DNA of 60,000 nucleotides. It comes from Camelus ferus. Taxonomy: Eukaryota. The number at the start of each line of letters is the position of its first letter. Position 1 is the stretch's first letter. The translations under genes and the position numbers were made by a program. Shown here one piece after another: positions 51,931 through 60,000 of the stretch. The notes under the pieces are model-generated. The model saw only the letters and a program-made list of their open reading frames with translations, did not search any database and had not been told where the DNA came from. The DNA is taken from positions 74,278,001 to 74,338,000 of the forward strand of contig NC_045696.1 of the NCBI RefSeq assembly GCF_009834535.1, given 5' to 3'.

Positions 51931-52866
51931 TTGAACAGAAACCCTGGACTACTTTCTGACTTCAGACTTTTGTAAGTCATTCCTAGTTAACTACTTTTAA
52001 CACTGTTTCCACAGCCCAATGCAGAAAACTCTGTTGGCCTGGAATAGCCCATGTGAACTATTACTAAGCTGTAAACAAATTAAGCTTAAATAGATTTTGG
52101 CAAAAATCAAGCTAAGATAGGCCCTATTTCTTTTCTCCAGGTTGATAAAATACACACATACCAGCACCAGGTGCAATGTAAACAAAGAAAGATAGATAAT
52201 GATTTTTCCTCAATTCTGAATGCTGAGCTGGGATTATTTGCCTTCTGTGATGCTGAGTCAAGGTTCTTGGCCCTTAACACCTTGGCATTATGAAAGGGAA
52301 ATACAAAAGAAAGAGACATATCCACTTACAAGGATCTTTTAATTTTCATTACACAAGGGCTCTCCCCACAAGCAAGCCTGGGCTATATGTTGTATATTTT
52401 GTGTCTGACTAACAATTTTCCTCATTCCTGGAGAGGAAGAAGTAATGAAGAGAAGCTCTGAACTCATTCCTTGAAGATTTACATTTATTTTCCTCAAAGT
52501 TTTTTATTGTCATTCCATAATCTTTTACTTCTAATGAAGCTAGTAAGTCTGAGACCATACTGATTTTTCCCCCTTGGTGGATGTGCTACCTCTTCAGCCT
52601 AGCTGAAGTACTCTATTTGTCATTGAACTTCACTAAGATTCTAGTCATCATTTACCTGGGTGTGGTTTATAAATTCCCTTAGATTTTGAGCTGAAAATCT
52701 AGTGTACAAGCCCATTAGCTCTTACTTAGTCATTCACTTACTAGGGAGTTGAGTGAAGAGTAAACTGGAGAAACCAGTAGCCAAAGTTTAGGTGGGCTGT
52801 GTCTACCTATTTCTATGAAAATGTGAGTACCTTACTCTGGGAGCTTTCCCTTATCTTTAAGGAAAG

Positions 52867-53352
52867 AGTGTCTTTGTCTGGTTTTGGTATCAGGGTGATG
52901 GTGGCTTCATAGAATGAGTATGGAAGTGTTTTCTCCTTTTCAATCTTTTGGAAGAGTTTAAGGATTGATGTGAGTTCTTCTTTGTATATTTGGTAGAATT
53001 CACCAGTGAAGCCATCTGGTCCTGGACTTTTGCCTGCAGGGAGGTTTTTTATTGCTGATTCTATCTTACTTCTAGTGATCGGTTTGTTCAGATGATCTAT
53101 TTCTTCTTGATTCAGTTTTGGTGGATGGTATGTTTCTAGATATTTGTCCATTTCTTCTAGGTTGTCCAGTTTGTTGCCATATAGTTGTTCATAGTATTCT
53201 CTTATGATTTTTTGTATTTCTGTCGTGTTGGTTGTAATTTCTCCATTTTCATTTCCTACTTAGTTTATTTGTGCCCTCTCTCTTTTCTTCTTGGTGAGCC
53301 TGGTCAGAGGTTTGTTGATTTTGTTTACTCTTTCAAAAAGCCAGCTCTTGGT
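52867..53352 (-). mobile_element. Isolated internal fragment of young L1 ORF2 (region upstream of the RT core)
   Basis: Peptide [18 protein letters not shown]...[14 protein letters not shown]...[16 protein letters not shown]; no 3'UTR or poly(A). Confidence 0.92.
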
Positions 53353-55859
53353 TATTATTAAACTATTATTAAACTATTCCCCAGCTTTGGTCTCCCTAGA
53401 TAGTCTTTTACAGATTTCAGCTCCAAATTTCCCACCACTACTACCCATCCCCCAACCAGGAACTATTTACAGTCTCTCTTAAAACTTAATTTTGCCTCCA
53501 ATCATGTACCAGATTCCTGTTAAAAACCCGTCTAGGAATTAAAATGGTAATATAATGTGATTTTTCCATTAAACCTGCTTCTCTTCTGTTCTGTGGAAAA
53601 AGGATGAGTCTCAAATGGGCCACTTCCTTTTTTTTCTTCCATGGCTCTCTTTCATCACTGGAACCTCCTCACCTACTCACTGATCCAAACCTTAGTATCC
53701 TCATTTGTCTTCATCCGAATGTATTAAATCTGGCAAAATTGTAATATGACTTTATGGTCATGTCTCTAGTATTCCTGAAGATGAAATGTTATCTCTATTT
53801 TTGTTCTTGATATTTTTGTTATTCTTTTCTATAAATATTAGATAAAGGCATATATTATGCAAACATGCCCTGACTCTACACTGTGTCCCATAAATGTAAC
53901 AATAAAGTGGGCTTTAATTTAGCTATTTATAATAAAAAGTGAGAACTAGGAGGTAACCAGCTGAAGAACAGAGAAACTATAAACCATGGTCAAAGACACT
54001 GAGGAGGGCTGCTAAAAGTTTGGTTTGGGTAAACATAGCTTACATCTAAGGGAGCCGTATTTACTTCTTAGATTCTTATCAGAAGGTTTCATGGATAAAA
54101 ATGATAAATATTAATGCTATAATAAATTTGATTGCTCCTTTTATCATTATAGGATAATGTATTTGACAAAGTAGAATGTATTCAATGGAATTTTAAAAAG
54201 CAAGGAATTATAATTCATAGGACCTTTTTTTTTTTCTTCTTCTTCTTCTTTTTTGGCTAGAAACAACTGATGCTAACTAGCTCTATGCACTTGGATATGG
54301 CCTCTATCATCTCTGGTGTTTATTTACTTCAACCATCAAATAAAAGAGTGAAATTCTCTGTTCTCTAGGGTTACTCAGTGCTGCACTTATTTATGCACAA
54401 ACGTTAAAAAGATGACTTCTTTGTAGGTGAGGTTGCCCGCCTACATTTTCTGTAGAAAATATACTTTGATCTCTCCCTAGCTACTTTCTTCAGAGTTTTG
54501 GTATCCGTGACATCACAATCAGCAATCATAAAAATAATTGAGAAACCTTAATTGAACACATTCAAGACTCTTCAAGTAGAACTGAGAAGAAAATATTTCA
54601 AAATTGCACTCAGATGAAATGTTTATCTTTTAAAAAATTTCTGTTTAAGTGGATTTTAAAGCAGAACTGTATTTTATTCAAAACTAGAGTCAAGATAGTC
54701 ATGATTAATATTGTTTTGGGAATAGTTTATTATAACATAGTTTAAGTTCAGAAAGTGCCTTCTGAAGAATCTTAAAGACCTTTTCAAATTGTTTTCACCT
54801 ACCTCTGAAGTGAAGGACATTTTATGCAAGCACAAAGTGGAAAAAATTATGATGTAAACAACTATAGTTATTAATAGAAAAGCAGGTGGCATTGATTAAA
54901 AGAAAACAGTAAAAGATTCTCATTTGGAAGTAATTCCACAATTATGTACTATGGTTTAATCTGTTCTGGAAACTATTATCTGAGAGTAATGCAAATTTTG
55001 CTTAGCTTTATAATTACAAACTATTTACAGTGAAAATTTATCAGCCTAATCACATTATCCTATATACAGGAGGCCATGGTTAGATAATCTTGAATCTGAA
55101 TTTCTCTCCTGTCATAGACTGTTGCTATATACTACCTTCCAAGCAGTGGAGTTTAATGGAGGGAAATAGCCAAGCTATTTGACATTTTGTTCTGTTTCTC
55201 ACTACCCAGTATACAATGAATACTCACTAAATATTGATCAACAATGTCTTTAATGAAAGTTCAGATTAAAATAAGTGTTTTATTATGAATAATCTTTGAG
55301 CACAATGCAATAACTAGGATCATCTTGACATAATTTCATATAAATCACTAACTGGGCAAGTTTGGGCAATTGGCTCATGTCACCACTTATCATTTTCAAT
55401 ATTATGAAGTCTTTTAGATAAGAAGAGAGGAGGCCTTTGATACACTATCACTTTCTCTGGCATCTTGTAATTCATTTATGCAATGCAAAAGTAAAACTGT
55501 TTTCAAGTTGTTAGGTAATAACTTCTTTGGCCAGGGAAATGACTTTGAACAGTAAGAAGAACAGATTTCTCCCCATATCACTTTTCTTTTGTAAGGAGAC
55601 CTTCCTCTTTGCAACAGTATGCACTGCCTAGTTCTCAAAGTCAGTTGTGAATAAGAATAACGTAGGAATGTTGAAAAAATACCCAGTTCCTGAATCTGAC
55701 CCAAAGAGATTCTAATTAAGTAGGAAGTAATGCAGGTTGCCCTGAGCACCTCCTAGGACTATAGGATAGCAGATATGAAAGATTTATTTTTAACTTGAAT
55801 TTTTTTCCATGGAGTTTAAAGTAACACCTCTCAAGAAACTGTATAAGAAAAGATTATTT

Positions 55860-56890
55860 TGAACATATTTTTTCTAATTATAAGGGTATTATATATTTAT
55901 TCTATAGAAAATTTGGAAAATAATGGAAAAGATAAAGAAGAATCTAAAATTTGCCCATATCCCACAGTGGAGAATAACAACCATTAATTTTTCTTTCTTT
56001 TTTGGAGATTTTAAATTGTTGTATAAAAACCCAAAGAAAATTGCAATAATTACATGTGTTTAGATAAGTAAATTGGCACAAACACACCTGTATAACCAGT
56101 TTCTAGCTCCCAGATCAGGAAATAGTACCTCAGATTCCTCCCCATTTCATGCCCCCTTTTGTCACAACTCTCTACCAAAGATAAGTACTATTATCTTGAC
56201 TTCTAATATGATAAGGGAATTTTGTATGCTTTTCATTGATATAACATCTTCTTTCTCTCAACATTAAGTTAAGAAAACAGAGAGATTTGTGAAATTTATT
56301 CATCTCATTCTGTATAGTTACAGTGCATTTGTTCTCATAGCTGTGAATATACCACCAGTTTGGGGCAATTGCAAATAATTCCACTATGAACATCCCTGTA
56401 CGTGTTTTGAGGTGAACATATATTTGCATTTATGTTAGTTGTTTACTTAGGAGTAGAATTTCTGAGTCATAGGATATGTAGACTATATAAATATGCGTTC
56501 AGTTTTGTAGATACTGCCAAATGATTTTTCAAAGTGGTTGTACCAATTTTACACTCCTACCAGAAGACTGTGAGACTTCTAGTTGCTCTATATCTTCACC
56601 AGAACTTAATATTTTCTTTCTTTTTCACTTCATCAATTTTGATGGATAAAGTGTTGTCACATTATGGTTTTAATTTCTGTTTTCCTAATGTCTAATGAAG
56701 TTGAGCTCCTAACCATCATTGATATTTTGATGTATTTCTTTGCAGTCTGTTTTTCTGTGTGTCTGAGTATGTAAATATGATCATTTAAAATTAAGATTAT
56801 ATTGCATGCACAATTATGTGAACACCTAAAATTACATAATGAGAATTTCCATGTTCATAAATATTCTTCAGAAATATGATTTTTAGAATA
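55860..56890 (-). mobile_element. Old L1 3' region fragments (L1ME/MB-like)
   Basis: 'ccagtttggggcaattgcaaataa', 'ttaggagtagaatttctgagtcatagg', 'tttttcaaagtggttgtaccaatttt'. Confidence 0.75.
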
Positions 56891-58472
56891 TCGTGACTCA
56901 TCTCATTTAAAATAATTAAATAATCTTCTAATATCTGGATAAAAATAGGCTAGAGAAAACTATATCTGAATTTTAAATCAAACAACTGATTTCACTAGTT
57001 TGTTTTCTAGATCTCTGTTTTTCTCTTGTCTGTGTCGTGAACATGACGTTGATCTGTGACTATTTTATCACATGATGAGAAACAGTGGAGTGGACCTACA
57101 GTGGTCAAGTCACATTAGGATGGCAGCACATTCCCTGGCTATGTTGGGAAGATTGTGGCAGGTCAGTGAGGGTTATTTGAATCTGAAAACAGTTTGTACT
57201 ACGTAAGGCAAGGCATTATGATAAATTAAGAACTATTATTATAATTTTAGTACAACATCCTGTAAATATGAGGCTTTCGATCAATATTTGCTCAAAGTCA
57301 AAAGTACAAGAGGCTATCTACCTTTGCATGGTAAAGTCTGTTCTGTGATGTTCTGTCATTGCAATGTTCAAAATTCCAGTTTCTGTACAGATACCATGAA
57401 GATTAATTCTACTTCTCATCACTGCAAAGAAGAGAAATTTAATGTTGATCATAAATTTGCCCTATTAGAATAGACATAAAAGATTCCAATTTTTTAAAAA
57501 ATAAGACTATTCCTATTAGCCAGAGGTTAGGTTTAACTTGTAAATATCTGTCCAATAAATGGTAGTCTATTACTTATAAACTCCTTCATAGAACTGATTT
57601 AGTGAACTCATTTTTTCAGGGGAGTTCTTAGCATCAGATTCTCAGTAATATTCTGGGTGTGTAGGAGTGTAATTTAATTTATTCATTCTAGTTATTCACA
57701 GCTGACTCAATAACCAGGTACAGCGGGTACTTACATGATAGAACAACATAACAGAGATCCTTTCCTGGTATAGAGGGAGAGGGTCTTTCTAAAGAAGACA
57801 TGAAAGGAGAAGAGTGATTATTCATTAAGTATAAACCATGTTCTATGAACTTCACAAAGTAGTTTAAATGATAAACATTTCCTTTAACTGGAAAAGGAAT
57901 CAATGACTTAATTTCTGTCACTGTGTATGAGTTAGGCTTTAAAATGTGAGCATTAAAAAAATTGACCTGAGCTGTCCTGAGCCTGCTTAAGGAGGACAAG
58001 TCTGAATTCAGCACATGTTTCAAACCTTCATGGCTTATGTTCCTTTTTCCTTTTGTTTATGTAGTTTCTAAGGTTACACCTAACACACTGCACTTCCCTC
58101 AGTAATAATCTGCATTTCACAGAGTGAGCACTATAGCTTTCCCTTTTCTCCTCTTTATTTGTAGACTTTTATGTAGCTTTGGTTCATCTACTGATCCATT
58201 GTATAGATCTAAGCCACTTGGTGGTAAGATGTTGGGAGCGCCCAGATCCACAGAGTGACATTTCCAGAGCTAATGACATGTGCTATATGTCACAAGTCAT
58301 CCAGAACTCAAACACACTCACACAAAAGATTAGCACACCAAAATCCTAAATGCAAACATTTCTGAATTCATGGCAAAGATCACAATTACAGTCTTGCTTA
58401 TTCCATCCCTTCCAAAAACATTCCAGTAGGACATGGATTGTCATGGTGTTAGAGAACAGAAGAGTGCAGCCC

Positions 58473-58650
58473 AGTGTTTCTCAAAATATCATTCAAGAAT
58501 TTCCTGCATCAGAAGCATCTAGAATACTTCCTAGAAAATACCACACCTAGACCCTCAGAACCAAAATCTCTGAGGGTTAAGCCAGCAAACTTAGATTTCT
58601 ATTAAGTTCCCTGAGTGATTCTTATTCATGATAAAGTTTGAGCATCTCTG
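58473..58650. mobile_element. MER5-type hAT-Charlie element
   Basis: 'cagtgtttctcaaa...cctgcatcagaagcatct...aagttccctgagtgattcttattcatgataaagtttgagcatctctg'. Confidence 0.7.
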
Positions 58651-58979
58651 CTTTAGTGGCTAACAATATTTATCAGCGTTAACTCTGTGAAGCTGGCTTC
58701 ATACAGCACCTGGCCTGCTAGCTTAAGAAGCAGGGGACGTCTTAAACACAGGTCAGGAAATTCTCCTAACATTCTTCAAGCCAAACTGTTCTGTCATCAC
58801 ACCTCTACCCGGATGCTGCAGGGAGACTATGACTTCTAACAGCAGGTCCTGATGATGGGAGCAGTGGATTCCAGTTGGGAGGTCACAGACTCCTTTATGG
58901 TACAGATTTTTCCCTTAGAAGGTGCACGTGGAGGCAGATGCACATATGAGCATATGAGGCACCATCAAGCAATGAAAAA

Positions 58980-59720
58980 TAATGTGAAATTAGAAGACCT
59001 GACTTTAAATCCCAGCTCCAGTAGTTACAACTAGTTGGATGATACCTTACTCTGTCCAGAGGCTTTTCTATGTGATCTTGGGGAAATTGTTTAAATTTAA
59101 ACCTCAGTTTCCTCAAAAGAAATACAAGGATACATAATAATTACTTCATAGGTGTGAGGACTAAATGAGTACCAAACACAATTTCTGAGATCTGGCAAGT
59201 ACTCAACAATTTATTTATTTAGTAACTCTTTACATTAACACGTGTCTGCAAACAGTGTGTAAATTAAAAAGAACTACCCAGAAGGATGCAGTACTGTGGA
59301 GTCAGTACTATGAGCGTGGTCAGGAGACAACCTGTGTTAGAATTCCAGTTCCATCACATACTATTCATGAGATATTGGGCAAGTTACTTAATCCCTCTAA
59401 GCCTCAATTCCCTCATCTATAAAATGGGATCATAATAGTACCCACACAAAAACCATTGTAAAAATCAATAACAGAATGCATTTAAATCGCTTAGCATAGA
59501 GTCTGATACATCGTAAGCACTCAACAAATGTTCACTATTATTTTGTTACTAACGTAAGATGTGTTTAGCATTGGTTGTGTATTATATAATAATCATTGTA
59601 ATGGACCTCCATGATAACTTTGTCAGGCAGGCTGGTAGGTCTTCTTTCCCTCCTTTTACAGATGAGGACACAGGATATAGGATCTAAGAGCACTGGCCAT
59701 CATCACAAGACTAATAAATA
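58980..59720. mobile_element. Three MIRs (plus about 58980-59220, plus about 59290-59545, minus about 59600-59720)
   Basis: Core 'ttgggcaagttacttaatccctctaagcctcaattccctcatctataaaatgggat'; 'ttttacagatgaggacacagg'. Confidence 0.8.
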
Positions 59721-60000
59721 AAAGGCAGCTCCATAGCTAGCTAGCTGGCTGGCTGGCAGCCAAAGTGTGAACATAGGGCAGCAGGAAGTTTGCTCAAATT
59801 ATCTATAGATATTTATTCCAGCCCTTATTTTATTTTGACTGTCTAAAACTAGTCTAGGACTAGTAAAACAAATCTATTTTTTGTAAGGGTAGCAATCAGA
59901 AAATCCTTAAGACTGGACAGAATAAAGAATCATCTCCCTAATTTGTTTTGAATATATTTAAATAGTACCTCCATTGTCATAGATGCTGGGATTTTTCTAT

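Noticed and set aside
58165..58223. Plus-strand 59-nt exon-like segment
   Set aside because: Splice-like sites only; no partner exons or recognisable peptide, and such pseudoexons are expected by chance in 60 kb
1..60000. CRISPR arrays, operons or other prokaryotic/viral systems
   Set aside because: Sequence is mammalian and repeat-rich; no spaced direct-repeat array and no dense long ORFs

Overview
Mammalian nuclear DNA, AT-rich and CpG-depleted. It is almost certainly camelid: a tRNA-derived SINE of the camelid Vic-1 type sits at 32734-32902, alongside cetartiodactyl-type L1 3' ends. Much of the window is interspersed repeat: nested old and young L1 (mostly minus strand), L2, MIR, solo LTRs of ERV1, ERVL and MaLR type (several with target-site duplications, TSDs) and hAT-Charlie DNA transposons (MER5, MER20). 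The ORF track shows no intact host gene; its only recognisable peptides are broken L1 ORF2 fragments. The main non-repeat signals are a candidate chain of minus-strand exons (20-nt microexon 48461-48480, 77-nt exon 37291-37367, terminal exon starting at 18949 with stop and AATAAA) from a gene I cannot name, and a 53-nt U2 snRNA retrocopy next to an L1 5' end. Repeat subfamily names come from recalled consensus motifs, not a database search, and boundaries without TSDs are approximate. I found no convincing evidence of a wholly new biological system.
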